Source: Bugula neritina
Taxonomy: Eukaryota > Animalia > Bryozoa
DNA length: 64,000 bases
Direction of reading: 5' to 3'
NCBI GenBank assembly: GCA_964035545.1
Contig: OZ037768.1
Location: forward strand, 16,227,875 to 16,291,874
The position numbers were made by a program, and so were the translations under genes. How positions within the stretch are numbered: the stretch's first letter is position 1; each line of letters starts with the position of its first letter. Below the pieces are notes generated by a model. The model had not been told where the DNA came from, ran no database searches, and saw only the letters and a list, made by a program, of their open reading frames with translations. Of this stretch, positions 36,387 to 51,300 are shown piece by piece.

Positions 36387-39300
36387 CAAGTAAGTAAGTA
36401 AGTAAGTAAGTCAGTAAGTCAGTGAGTGACTGAGTTAGTGAGTGAGTGAGACAGTCAGCCAGTTAGGTAAGAAACCACAGTCTACAATAAATTATAAAAC
36501 AAACCTGGAATTGCAGGCTAACACTGGGAGTTTTAGCTTTAGAAGTTTCTCTGTTTTTCACCTCTTGATGTGTCTTAAATTGCTTGTAATCCTACAAATA
36601 ATAGCTACTGATATATCACAGAATTACTGCAGAATTGGTGGTGAACTACACAGCTCTTACATCCATTCAACACACTCTGCTATACTCATTTCATGTTACC
36701 TCCAACAAAACAAGTGTTTTAAAGCAGAGTTTTGCAGACATTACGTTAGTGATAAATATAACTCATTTCATACTACATTTAACATATTAGATATCAAAAT
36801 ACATTTTTTTCATAGTAATAGTAAAATATGCTTCTTTATTGGTAAGCGATGTTTTCATAATACTTCAACAGAGCACATGGAGCAATGTATGCTAATCCAT
36901 ACTGCTGTCATTTCATGTATTATACGAGCAATAGGCCTAGTGGGGAAAAAATGCAAGCAACAAATAACGGTGAAAAAATATGTTTGCGATTAGGTTGTGG
37001 CATCATGTTTTAGCCAACTCACTTTAACAATAAGTTTAAAAGAGAAGACAATTCAGTATATACTGTGAGTCTGCCTGCAGGAATGTAAATTTAGAAGCCA
37101 ACATTATGTTACAGAATAGTACATACTAAACTAGTAGTAATATGTAAACTACCTTGTACATTTTCTGTCTACGTTTAGCACTATGTTTTCGCTTAGTTTT
37201 CTTTGCTGTGTTGTGAATAAATGAGTCTGTATCGTCCAACACTTTATCACCACCTTCATTCTCAGAGTTGTCTGACCATGGAAGATTCCTATTTGGGGTA
37301 AACAAAATAAATTTTATTTCTATAAACTATAGCATATATAGACACATACACGCACACTCTTGCACATATATAATTGCAATATCATATAATTACAATTTAT
37401 ACAAAAACAATATTATAAAATCTTACAAATGCTCTCTTGTCATTTGCTTCTGTGTAACCGAGGTTTTTCTTCTGATATTGCCAATTTTGTTCCCTGCAAA
37501 TGATATGAACTGTTTGAAACATTCTATTACACACATTTTAATAGAAAATTCAAGTACAAAAAACTACTGCAATTTAGTTTATTCATATTAACATTAAGAT
37601 GAGAAAATGGGAACAATATTGCTGTATTGAGTGGGAGTTGATAAGATTATTGGTTTACAAGAGAATCATTTTCAAGTGGAGGTTAATTATTCACTTTATT
37701 TCTTCAAGAGAATAATGAATACAGCTGTGTATTACATAATGAGCAACAACAGTTGAAGTAACATCTTAGGCGTTTCCCAATTTATAAGAATTCAGATATA
37801 AAATCAGTGTACAGCATTTCAATACCCCGATTTCCCATTAATCTTTAAAACAATTGCAACAGTGATTAATGTTAACCAAATAGTTGAGGGTTATTAGTTA
37901 GAAGGAAGAAAACAAGAAGATAAAGCACAGAAAGGGAATAGGAAGAGATAGGCATACATTAAAAGCAATATAGCAAAACTTTCACAATGGGGAAACAGGC
38001 AACTACTAGAAAATAATTAATCTTTCAAAGAATTGTAGAAAATTAGCAATCAAATAAAAATCGCACAATCACACAGTCAAGATCTGAAATTGGTAATAGA
38101 ATAAAACGGTGGGTAATACGCTGTCACTCGTACATTGCTGTATGAGATTTGATGCCCTCTCAGGGTTATCCTTCCTACCTGGTTACAGAAAATTCAACAC
38201 ATCATTATGACCAATACCAAACAAGTATTATTTAGTTCACAAGCATCTTCAAAATTTATACTTGCAAGTTAACAGAGGAAAATAACAGTGGCAGCCCGTA
38301 GCAATGAACAACTAGCTTGTTTATAAAATGCTATCAACATTTATCTAACTAGAAGCATTTGGAGCAGTTTAGTTTGTAAATCACGAGGATACTAGTTGAC
38401 GGTATCTGCTGACGTCACATGACCAGCTAAGCATGGACAAACAGCAAAACAGAGCCTCTGGTTCTAGAAAATGTTGAGAACGTATAGAACTCACCTCCGC
38501 GATCATGATATGTCTTCCCTGCCTGTATGAATGCATTGACACATTTCATACAGAGACGGACATAAGACCAGCGAAGCATTGCTACAGGGTCACATCCTAT
38601 AAATTCATTCAATGTATTTCTCATGGTTAGCTTTCCACTAAATGTTATGGTACTCGGTGCAGTATGAGAAATGTATTACTTCAGATCAACGCCAGGCAAA
38701 TGATGATTAGAGCATTTTAAAATAAGACAACCATTTAAAGCGTACATAACTGTACCTATGCAAAATAATATCGACTGCATCAACTTAAAAGGTAAAGAAA
38801 GAACAAAAGTAATACATTTCATTCATAACAAGGCATGCAATTAAAGAGAGTGCAAATCTCAGACTAGAACAGGTCAGTCAAAGGTGTGCAACTTGTCAAC
38901 TTTAATACAGCTGGAAGACTCCCAGCAGAACATAAACATGTGTGGCCAGTTATATGCCAATACTAATAAACGTTTTCTTGACAAGGTATAAAAGTTAACA
39001 TTGCTGACACTTATGACTTTAGGTGAAGTACATGGAACCACGAGTAAAAAGGAATAGTTAGCACAGTATATGCCCACTGGTGAGTAGTTCACAGGTGATA
39101 TGCTCACAGGTGAGTAGCCACAAGTGAGATGTCCAGAGATGAGGTACCCAGAGATAAAGTAGCCACAGATGATGTGAGCAGTAGTGAACGTTACAGCCAG
39201 TAGTAGCAAAAACTGACCCATGGCATGGTCACACATAGGTTACTAGGTTAACACATATCCGTATACTAACAATACCACAGTTAGGTGGGTTAGACTTATA

Positions 39301-42300
39301 GAACACACACCAGCCTACAGCCTAGAGGTGCTGTTGTTACCACTCACTTTTAGGTATACAGAGCCAGTATTTGCTATATACATACCGACTAACTCTCTGA
39401 CAAAACCAGTACCGCTGTTCTTCAACACCGACACTAAATCTGCATGAATCAAGTCACTGTTCTTCTCTCGGAAATACTAAAAGCGAAAGTCAACAAAATA
39501 CTAGTATTTGCACATTATAGGCCAGATAGAGTCTATCAACTTGTTAACTAAACTCGTTCAACACCAAACAACCTTTATTCTAGAATATAATGTAAATAAT
39601 GAGAAGACAACTTCATACTAATTTACAGCAATCAAAACATTTGCCTTTGTTAATTATTGGAGTTGTTCTAGCAGCTGTAAAAACGGATACAAAAACATGC
39701 CATTTTGATATAAAAGAATGACATAATAAGGTACTGGATTATTTCTATAAATTTAGAAATAACATCCTGTAGTCAGTTGTGCTATTAACAAATCCGCAAT
39801 CTATTTTTGGCGAAAAAAGTTGGCTCAAAGCATAAGATTCCTACTCTAGGAAATTAAAGCCGCAATTCTTACTTGAATGTTGTACTTTACTTTTCCAGCA
39901 TAATGCTTGATGGTGAATGTACTTTCTCGCCGAAGTGGCATCTCGTAGAAATCAGAGCTCTTATGATTTTGGTGAAACTTTGCCAGCAGAGTTTCATTTG
40001 TAGCACCAGGAAAACTAAAAGTCAAGAGAGAGTTTTACACAGAGTATGCTAAGAAGAACTATTAGATACATCCATTCTATAAAATAAAGCTTGGAAGAGT
40101 ATTTCTTATACAGTACTCCTCCATATCTAACGGTTTCATTTCTCACGAAATTTCATAGGTCACAGGAAGGGCCTGGGCCCTCGTTATACATTGACTTATG
40201 TATGTATGCATAGGAACTAAATGGTCAAATTGAAAGAATCCGTGAGTTGAATCCGGTATTCTACTATGTCACTGTTTGAGGTTTCGAGACCCACAGCTTA
40301 GTGAGATACGGAGAGAGCACTGTAGATCAAAGTCTATCCAACAGACAGTTAGTTCTTGACTTAGAAAATTAGCCTGAGAACTTACTTCCCCTCCTCATCA
40401 AGAAGGAAAAACAGCCCACTTGGCTTCTTAGCAAATAGATCCAGACACTTCCTGTTATCAATGAAGGAGATGTTCTGCCAATCAATCTTCTCCCTGCTAT
40501 ACTCCTCCTAACAACGTAGATGGCAGATGATAGAACAAGAAATATATACTATTTCATGCAGTAGCAATAAATTCCATAATATTACTCTCTAATAGTCATA
40601 GCATTTCTCACTAAGTTGCAGAAAAACATTAGTATTTATAGTCATAACTTAGGTTTAATGCGATATCTAATGAGAAAACAACTCTAACTATGTAGTTACA
40701 ACTGTGCTGCAAATAGTTGTTGGCATTCACCATTAATGTGCGTTACTCATATTAGAAATGAATTGACATTTAGGAAAATGAAATGGAAGCTTACTCATTG
40801 AATGACAGATTAACAAATAACCATGAGCATAGAATGAGTAGAATGAGCAGTGATTGCTCATCCTTTGAATCACCAATTAGTGTATGAGTCAGGCGTTGAA
40901 GACTCAGCTGCAAGTCTACAGGCTAATTGTTACCTGCTACGCAAACATTGCAGGTAAAAAGGCAATGACTTGGTGATCTTGTGATGTGGGCAAGGATATG
41001 GTATTATAAAGTACATAAACTTCAGCCTATTGGTAAGAAGAGGAGAAAATTCTCCCTTGGCATTTAGAAACTTGCTTTTGTGACCGATCTGTTGAACCAC
41101 TCAGAGTGCACCATTTGAGAAATGGCTTATTTAGCCAGAACGTGCATAGTGCACTAAATTGAATAAGCGAAAGTCATGTTTTAACGAGCGCATTTTAGAG
41201 CAGATGAACCTTAGAAGCAAAGGCAAGGTGTATTTACCTGCTCAAACTTGAAGATATGTTGGTTGAAGTAGAATTGTAGATGCTCATTGGCATAGTTGAT
41301 GCAGAACTGTTCAAAGCTATTCTGTAGAAAGTCCTCAAACCCAAATATATCAAGAACACCGATGGAGTTGCTCTACAATATAGAGACCAATAACGTGAGT
41401 GCACAAGCCTGTCAATAAGGAAAGATAGTATCTCTGACAGAGACATAAAACTAAGAAATTTCTACTGACTACAGTCTTACTAACATTATAGATCATTCAT
41501 ATAAAGTAAGCTAGGGACTGTAATAATACAATTAGTATAAAGCATGAATAACATCATGTCAGGTAAAGGAACATAATGTTAATAACTATGTAACAAATCA
41601 ATTATAAAGACTGCAGTATATTGATAGACTTATAGCCCTGATGCAATATATTGATAGTCACGAACTCGGCAGTAATGAAAAAAAAATCAGTTTTAACTAT
41701 AATACTGCTAGATCATTTTATCACTATAATACATTAAATATAGTATACTAATTACAGGTCTAGATATATCACACTTGCTATCAGTACTGTTGCTCAACAT
41801 TGTTTCTGTTTTTGAATCTTCAATCAATTGTTACACTACTTAACCATACAAAAGAGTATCAAAAACAAGCTACCCATTTATCTAACGGATAGAATACATA
41901 TCTAATAAATAACGACCAAAGGTATTATAATTTGTAAAACTTGTTATTTTCACTAACTTTTCCTAATATGCTCCATCGTTATCTTTTAATTTTAAGTTAA
42001 TTTTCAATAATATATGCCTTTTCATCATTTCAATAGAAGTATTTTTTTATAATTTATAGTATATAGTATAGTATATAACTTTTCATCATTGTATTATGTA
42101 CCTTGCTATTTTTGTGGTCCTGCTTTTGATACAGTGCATGGTTTATTTGCCATACCATCCAATCAAAAATAGCCCCATACAAACACTTGGCCATTGCATT
42201 ACGAGCTGATATCGCCTACAACATTAAACATTCAAACATTAATTAAAATCATACCTGCCTTGCATATTGAGGGCTAACCAGTCATTTCTCAATAGCCTTA

Positions 42301-45300
42301 TTATAGGCTATCCTCTCACCCCATCATCTCAATGATTTCTACGAAACATCTTCCGAGTTCAGCTCAAACTATTCATTTCCCAACTACATATACATCATCC
42401 CTAAATTAAAATTAAAACCAGTGGTTTTATTTGGCGTTGTTAACAAAGACCAAGTTGCACCATTCAGTGCAGTAGACCAACTGTTTACTCCAGTGAGAAG
42501 TAGGAGTATGAGAACATCACCATGTCACTTACATCTTCCAGCTTATATCGAACTACCACAGTTTCACCACCAGCTACAGTTCGCTTTGAGGTGAGAGCCT
42601 CAAGAAAAGATTCCTCTTTTACCTGTAAATAAATCAAACAGGTGAGTGAATATGATGTTTTCCTCAATCAGGCATGTGAAGGCTATCATATCAGGGAAAT
42701 CACTTTATCATTGTATTATGTCATTATTGATAACTCTATTTGTTTAATAAAATGATGAATCAAGTGCAATTGTGCATGACGGATAAAATAGATAGCCAAT
42801 AGTACTACAATATCATCTTACACTAGAACTAGCCTTGCTAACTATGTAACAGTACTACTATTATTATAGACATATATAGATTAAGTGTACTGCTATAACC
42901 CATGTTTACATAGAGAGTAACAAATTGTGGTAATGCTAAGTCACTCACATCTAGAAGTTTACAAATCTTGGCAACGAGATCTAAGTTTTTCACTTGTACA
43001 GCATCATCATGGTGGTAGGTGTGTTTCTACAGTTGAAACATTGTATTATTAGTAACATCTACCATAATCAAAAGTTGCAACATCTTTTCCTATGTCTAAA
43101 GGTTGAAAGCTCACTTAGTAGAGGGTCAGTTGTAAGCACAGGGCAATTCTACTATCAGTCATGCAGAATGAGCAGAATGAGTTGTGGTGAGTCATAGTCA
43201 TAAGGAGTGGAAAGAATCAGTGTGATGGAATGAAAGTGAGAATTAGCATGTAAATGTCTTTCAGTAGTTCTACATTAGATCACAGTAAGAGCGTAGGGTT
43301 GATAGACTTGTGAGTAATAATACAAATATATTATATACAGCTGTAGGGTGTAGCTCCTATGTTTATAAACGTTGTTTATAATAGAGATATGACATAGTTG
43401 CAGACTTGCCAAAGAGAAGCAAGTCAGGTGGCTTTCCTCAGCTGCTTTTAGTGGTCGTGATGCTATGACTAAGCTAGTCATACTCTATATAGAGTAGGTT
43501 ATTATCACATAAAGGCAATGTACATAGAATGATACGCATATCACAGTGTATATGTTATACAGTATAATATATACAGTATAATATGTACAGTATAATATAT
43601 ACAGTATAATATGTACAATATAATATATACAGTATAACATATACAGTATAATATATACAGTATAATATGTAATGTATAATATATACAGTATAATATGTAC
43701 AGTATAATATATACAGTATAATATGTACAATATAATATATACAGTATAACATATACAGTATAATATATACAGTATAATATGTAATGTATAATATATACAG
43801 TATAATATATACAGTATAATATGTACAGTATAATATGTACAGTATAATATATACAGTATATATACAGTATACCATATACAGCATATCATACACAGTATAT
43901 CATATACAGTATATACAGTGTACCATATACAGTATATGTAGTACATATACAGTAAAACATATACAGTATATGTAGTACATATACAGTAAAACATATATTG
44001 TATATATATTATACATATATGTACTGTATACATACAGTATATGTACTGTATACATACTGTATATATACTGTATACATACGTCATACAGTGTGATAAGGAG
44101 GCTTATGTAACATGTAACAAATGTGTACCTTAACAAACTCTACATTGCCCAGCAGAAGAATGGCAGATATCACAGCAAATATTCTTTTCTGAAGATCAGA
44201 TTTGAAGCCAACCATTTCCATGGAGCGCTTTAGTCTTTCAAACTCGTGTATTTCATCAACCCCGGGAGATGTATAACAGCCACTCTATGGTAGACATGCA
44301 TATGGAATTATGGTTATAGTGAGATATATACCCACAGAATTAACATGGGTACAGTCTTAACTAGAAGAGGCCTGTACTTATTGGGACATTTCAGTAACAA
44401 CACTTGATTGAAACCAGATATCACAAGCAACATATGGAGACAGAAGCATTTTTAATACACACATTTGTGTCTTAAAATGGAATAAAGGAATGTTTTGCAA
44501 GTGTTAAAATTACGCTTACATCACGTCTTGTAAATAAATGCTGAGCTTGCCCTTGAATGAATACATGTGATTAACTGCTCAGCCAATAGGAATACTCAAA
44601 TTAAAAAAAATGTTGGTCAATTCAGATGGTTTTTAAACATACAAAATAAACCTTAGTTAAAATACTATTGTTTGTTTTTCCAAAAGAATGAAGACTAAAA
44701 CTGCTGTCTTGTACCAAAATATCTTAATATAATATAATATAATGTAGTATAACAGGTCTTAACCTTAGTGATAGGAAATAGAAATTTTAAATGCTTTTAT
44801 TGCTTCTATGCAGCAGTAAGAGAGGAAATAAAAAAAGATAAGTTAGATAAGCCAACAGTGGTACTATAGTGTGTTATCACTTGATAAAATATTCAGCAAG
44901 TTATAAAACATGTGGAATTTCCTCGTAGACAAAACTTAAGTTTGCAGTTTCACGAAGATACAGAAAATAGCCAGCACATTGAGAGATGAGTAAAGCCCTA
45001 CCTGATTCAAATACTGATACTCTTGACTCTGGAGGAGGAACAAGTCCGAGGAAAGCTCCGGTGAAGCCCCATTCAGTAGGTAGTAAAACACGTGATAATT
45101 TCTACAATTTATCAGTTCATCAAGTGTTAAAATCAAAAATGCTAATTCAATAATATCATGCAACTTTTAACATCACTACTCAGAACTTACCCTAACAGCA
45201 TTTACCTTCTTCCTTTAAAGATATTACTCACCGCTAATATTTGAGGGTAAATTTTGTATAATATTTTAATTTATAATATAGTGTAATTGTATAATATTTT

Positions 45301-48300
45301 AACTAAAACATAATAATATATTGCATCATATAATTTGTATAACAGAATATTTGTATAACTAATATTTGAGAACTTCTTTCTGTTAGGAAGTGGGGCAACA
45401 TTACCAACTATTTACTGTCCAAATGTTGTGACATACTGTATAGCAGCACAGCGAACTACATCTAATAACATTTGGTACAATGAACTACTATACTATACTA
45501 TACAATACTATACTATACAATACTATACTATACAATACTCTACTATACAATACTATACAATACTATACTATACAATACTATACTATACAATACTATACAA
45601 TACTATACAATACTATACTATACTATACAATACTCTACTATACAATACTATACTTTACTATACGATACTACACAACATTATACTATACAATACTATACTG
45701 TACAATACTATACTATACAATACTATACTATACAATACTATACTATACAATACTATACTTTACTATACAATACTATACAATACTATACTATACAATACTA
45801 TACTATACAATACTATACTATACAATACTATACTATACAATACTATACTATACAATACTATACTATACAATACTATACTATACAATACTCTACTATACAA
45901 TACTATACAATACTATACTATACAATACTATACTATACAATACTATACAATACTATACAATACTATACTATACTATACTATACAATACTCTACTATACAA
46001 TACTATACTTTACTATACGATACTACACAACATTATACTATACAATACTATACTGTACAATACTATACTATACAATACTATACTATACAATACTATACTA
46101 TACAATACTATACTATACAATACTATACTGTACAATACTATACTATACAATACTGTACAATACTATACTGTACAATACTATACTATACAATACTATACTA
46201 TACAATACTATACAATACTATACTATACTATACAATACTATACAATACTATACAATACTATACTATACTATACTATACAATACTATACTATACAATACTA
46301 TACTATACAATACTATACTATACAATACTATACTATACAATACTATACAATACTATACTATACTATACTATACAATACTATACAATACTATACTATACAA
46401 TACTATACAATACTATACAATACTATACTATACAATACTATACTATACTATACTATACTATACTATACAATACTATACTATACAATATTATACTATACTA
46501 TACAATACTATACTATACTATACAATACTATACTATACAATACTATACAATACTATACAATACTATACTATACAATACTATACTATACTATACTATACAA
46601 TACTATACTATACAATACTATACTATACTATACAATACTATACTATACTATACAATACTATACTATACAATACTATACTATACTATACTATACTATACTA
46701 TACAATACCAGGTACTCTCACCTTTCGTTTGTAGACTGGGATACAATTCTGGACTTCTCTAGCAGGTATTTCTCTACACTTGCACTGAAACAACAAAGCA
46801 ATACATAATAATAAAGCTCAAAAGTCCATGGGGCCAGTCTACCTGAACATCCTTCTATTAGAACCCAAGATGAATACCCGTATATCATCAACTTCATCTC
46901 ACATGTAAATCCCTCAATTATATGTTTTCATCTGAGAGAATAAGGTTAAAATAAGTAGATAGGATGCATTCAACTAGTGATCCACTATTACTTTTCACTG
47001 CTCCATTTCAAGCACATTACAATTCAAATTTGGAATTTAAGCCCACAAATGAATGTGAACACAGTCTGAAGGGCACTGGTTGAATTTCCCCTTTATACTA
47101 CACAGGTTGTGCATATTTCATCTTTACATCAGAAACTTAATTAACAGTAAGCCCATGACTCATTTCAAGAACTAGTTTACAAGAATGGGCACTGTCTATA
47201 CCAAACCTACATACACTCATTGCAAGGTGTATGTGTCCCCTTCAAAAATCACAAAGAGGCTGGTTGTAGAGTTGGAGGTTGCATATAGACTATAGCAGAA
47301 TATATAGGTCAAGCAAATCATTTTTATGTCCTTCAAAGTTTAAACAACAAAGCAAATGCAGGAGAGCAGATGTGTAAAGTGCTATGTTGATGTATTAGAA
47401 ATGCATATTTGCCATTAGTAAAACCACAAGAAAGAGGGTACAATGATTAACCAGTAAAAACAAAGCAGCATGCTGGTGCTGCAGCCACAAACACTCATTA
47501 GATACAACCAAAGTTCAAGAGTCATATTTATGCAGTACTATGTAGTATGTAGTAGTATCAATGGCTCACCCGTGCACTGCTCCATTCTTTCTGAAATCTA
47601 CCAGTATAAATTTACCAAACCGACTGGAATTATCATTGTGCACTGTCTTTGCATTGCCAAATGCCTGCAAAATACAAACAAGGAAACCTTAAAATAGAGA
47701 TGACATGGTTTGTTGTTGATACCTTTTCTCATTGTATTCAGCTGGCCGAGCCTTCCTGCACTAATCTAAAGTAAAGCTAGTATTGGCTTGAACTAGCTTG
47801 ACGTGAGGTCATCGATTTCTTGATAGCCCTTGATAGGAATGCGAACAGGAGATGGGAGGGAGTAAGTATGACCTCAACTACGCTGTGGGAGATGATAAGA
47901 CATACTCTTTCTATCATTTAGACAAATGTTCCGACTGTATTGAGAAAAGATATATTTTAACTCCTTAGAACAGCTGAGAAACATCAAATATGGGAACATA
48001 GTTTGTCAGCTGTTGGTATTCTGAAGGTCATGGCAGACAGCCCTCTGTGCTTTATTTACAACTAAGAGAGGCATCTGCATGGTATAGCAACATCTTTCAC
48101 TTATGTAGCAGACACATCTATAACTATGCACGTTTTATTGACAATAAACTCCTGACTGACTGCATCAACTTGAAAGATAAATTAGCTTGAAAATGAAAAT
48201 GTAGAGAGGTGGTAGGTGCAGTATTGGAGAAATAAAAAAAGCCTGTGTTCTAGATTAAAAATGTAGCAAAAGAAGTTGTGTTCACGCAAGAATTTCAACC

Positions 48301-51300
48301 TGCGCCCCAAACCAAAATTTAATAATAAAATGGAAGAAATTTGGCTATCTCAATTTCTCCATCACTGCTCCTAAAGTGGTGGAGAGCTGTTGCTGGTCTT
48401 CATACTGGCATGAATTAGGCAATAATTGCATAAAATAAACACTGAGACAACCGGAAGGGAAGAGGAGTAAAAACTGACTCAAATGGTGGTACTTCTTACT
48501 CTGCAGTAAAATATGTTTGTGTAGTGACTGTAGTCTATAGTTTATCTTCTTATCTATTTAGTTCCTTTCTCTACACTACCTCTGAACTGTCACTATACTA
48601 CCTCTATACTACCTCTATACTCCTCCTATACTAGCTGCCCTCCTAGCCACTTATCCTTGCTAATTTTAATTGAAATACTAGGCCAGGTTATTTGATTCTG
48701 ATCTGAAAGCAAGTGATAGGAATATGAAAATATTTAGTTACCAAAACTAGTAAAACACAAAACTAACTTCCAAAGTAGAAGAGTACTAAGTCATAGGCTC
48801 AGCTACTAATAATTCACCAACTTACATTATGGCCAACCTGGCTTTAAGAACGCCAGTGAAGTCCTGCTATAACCAACTGAATTGAGTTGGTAAATTTACA
48901 ATAGCCAAGGGAAAGCCATAATATAGACCTAAGGAAAGGAAGCAGAAATATTGTACACCTCACTTTTTACAGAGTGACTTTTCTAAACATTCCACAACCT
49001 AAAATGTGAGGTATAACGACAGTGTCATATGTGTCAGAATGTAGGTGTCACGAGCTGACACATATCAGCAGTACTTGCTGTGCATCACCAACTTGTGGAT
49101 AGTCAGTTACTGTCAAGCCAATGAGACAATATCTAGGCCACATTTGAACCAAAGCACCATGATAGCACAGGAATCCTTAACTTTAAACACCACACCAGCA
49201 CAACAAACACCACACCAGCACAACAAATGCCACACTAGCACAACAAACACCACACTAGTACAGTATTTGCTATGATTAAACCTAACTGCTGACAAATCCT
49301 TCAAACAGGAACCTGAAAAATATGCTGACATATGTGGTAATAGGTCAGCGTTGAACCTCATGAGAGTACACATTCTACCAACAGACAATACTACTACTAT
49401 AAGCTCACAGTGACTGGCACATGGGCAACAAGCATAGTGGTGACATATAGCTACAGGTGCTCTCACAGGCTCTGAGGAAATTGCCAGAGAATACACGAGG
49501 GGATACATTTGCATGTAGGCTATTAAGGCATATCATTGGATTTTAGGCATTCGCATTAAACTTCAGAACTTACAGCTGAGTCAGACTGATTTGCTATCAG
49601 ATAGAGGAGATACAGGATTGCATACAAATCAATTAGTAGAATGGAAATTGAAGCAGAGGCTTATCAAAGGTCCTATCAGTTGACCATCATGACTGTTACA
49701 TGTATACAATTTTCCCCCAGTAGATTTTTAGTTGAGTCAAATGATTAATCTAGGCTAGTCTATCCCATTCACCTGACCATAATGATTATTTTATGAAAGG
49801 GAAAGAGTCAATTATAAAAGCCATGAACAAAGGTTTACCTAAACATTTTGTGATAGAAAATATTTTAGCTTTTCATGAAGAATCAATGCCACTTTATAGT
49901 AGAGAAAACATGTACTAGATCGATGTTAGCAGGTACTATGGGAAACATCATAGCACAACAGAAAGCGTGTACTATTTGATGATTTAGATGAAATCTGTAA
50001 CATCTACACTAGCTACTGTTCAATCTGTAACATCTACACTAGCTACTGTTGAGTACATGTAGAATCAACTATTACTAGCTAGTTTCATGAGTTTGAGTGT
50101 ACACAGTGTACACCCAGAGTGCACCATGTATATTTTACACAATGTATGATCACACTACATGCACTATGATAATGGCTAGACATATCTAAAATTAACCCCT
50201 CCAATTAATGACCAAGGACATGTATAATTATTGAGGCATCATTACACCAGGAATGCATGTCTCAATGGGAAGCAGTGGATATATTGCAGGTGTGCCTTCC
50301 TTCCCTTCAGTAGAAACACCTTATATTAACTGCTAGATTGATGCCGAGAGCCCTGACTTTCTCTATAAAGTGTTTAGCTGACAATGCATTGAGTTGTGTT
50401 ATTTGTATATAGAGACTGGTAACCCATTAAGTCAACTAAATATAACCAACCTCCAGGACTGGTCCAGCTCCCAGAAGGGTTTGCTCTACTCCAGAACCAC
50501 AATGGCTCTGCTGAGACTGCTTATTCCGTGTTAAATGGTGAAGAAGAAAATTGGTGTTCTCCGTTTTACCTGAACCACTCTCACCGGAAATTACTAGAAA
50601 AAATAAACATTAATTGACTAACTCTGGTAGGTCTAATGAACAAATGATCATGCTATTGGCAATTTTGACATGGGGTAATCACTTACTAACCAAACAATTG
50701 CGAGATAAATTATTTGACATCTATAATAATGCAGCTCATAAACTATAGCCACAAAGTCACTGTATAATACTGTACCTTGTTAAACAGAATTATAAGGTTT
50801 ATTATGTTTATAAGCAAACAGTATAAATTTACACATAAACTATGATCACCTTTGACAATTGTAACATAGTCTTAAACCTATATTCTAGTTATGGATATAA
50901 ACCTGACTCATCAGTATAGAAAAGTACAAAATAGACAACTTGTGGACTGTCTTACCTATGCACTGGTCTGATTGAGTATCCAACATGGATGTGAAAGCTG
51001 CATTGGCAATAGCAAAGATATGAGGTGGCAGTTCTCCGAACCGCGCACTGTTATCCTGATACATAGCTACATATTTAGGATTGTATATAGGAAAGAATTT
51101 GAACGGGTTGATGACGATGAGTATAGTTCCCACATAGGTATAAATTGCATCTGTGTAAAATCGTTGTCTAAGATTTTCTAAAAGAGTGGTTTCGTTGAGG
51201 TCAGGTAAAGAACACAGATCAGCATAATTCTCTCCAGCAGTTTTCTGCTCAAGAAACTTCATAAAGTAAGAGTCTAACGAGGCATCCACAGAATGGTTGC

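Noticed and set aside
36442-36993. 183-aa plus-strand ORF and other short antisense ORFs
   Set aside because: No recognisable domain, atypical composition, and they overlap myosin exons/introns on the opposite strand.
43485-44136. YIL-rich ORFs
   Set aside because: Minisatellite translation.
45428-46808. 444-aa and 442-aa Tyr/Thr/Ile-rich ORFs
   Set aside because: Translations of the TACTA/TACAA satellite, antisense within a myosin intron.
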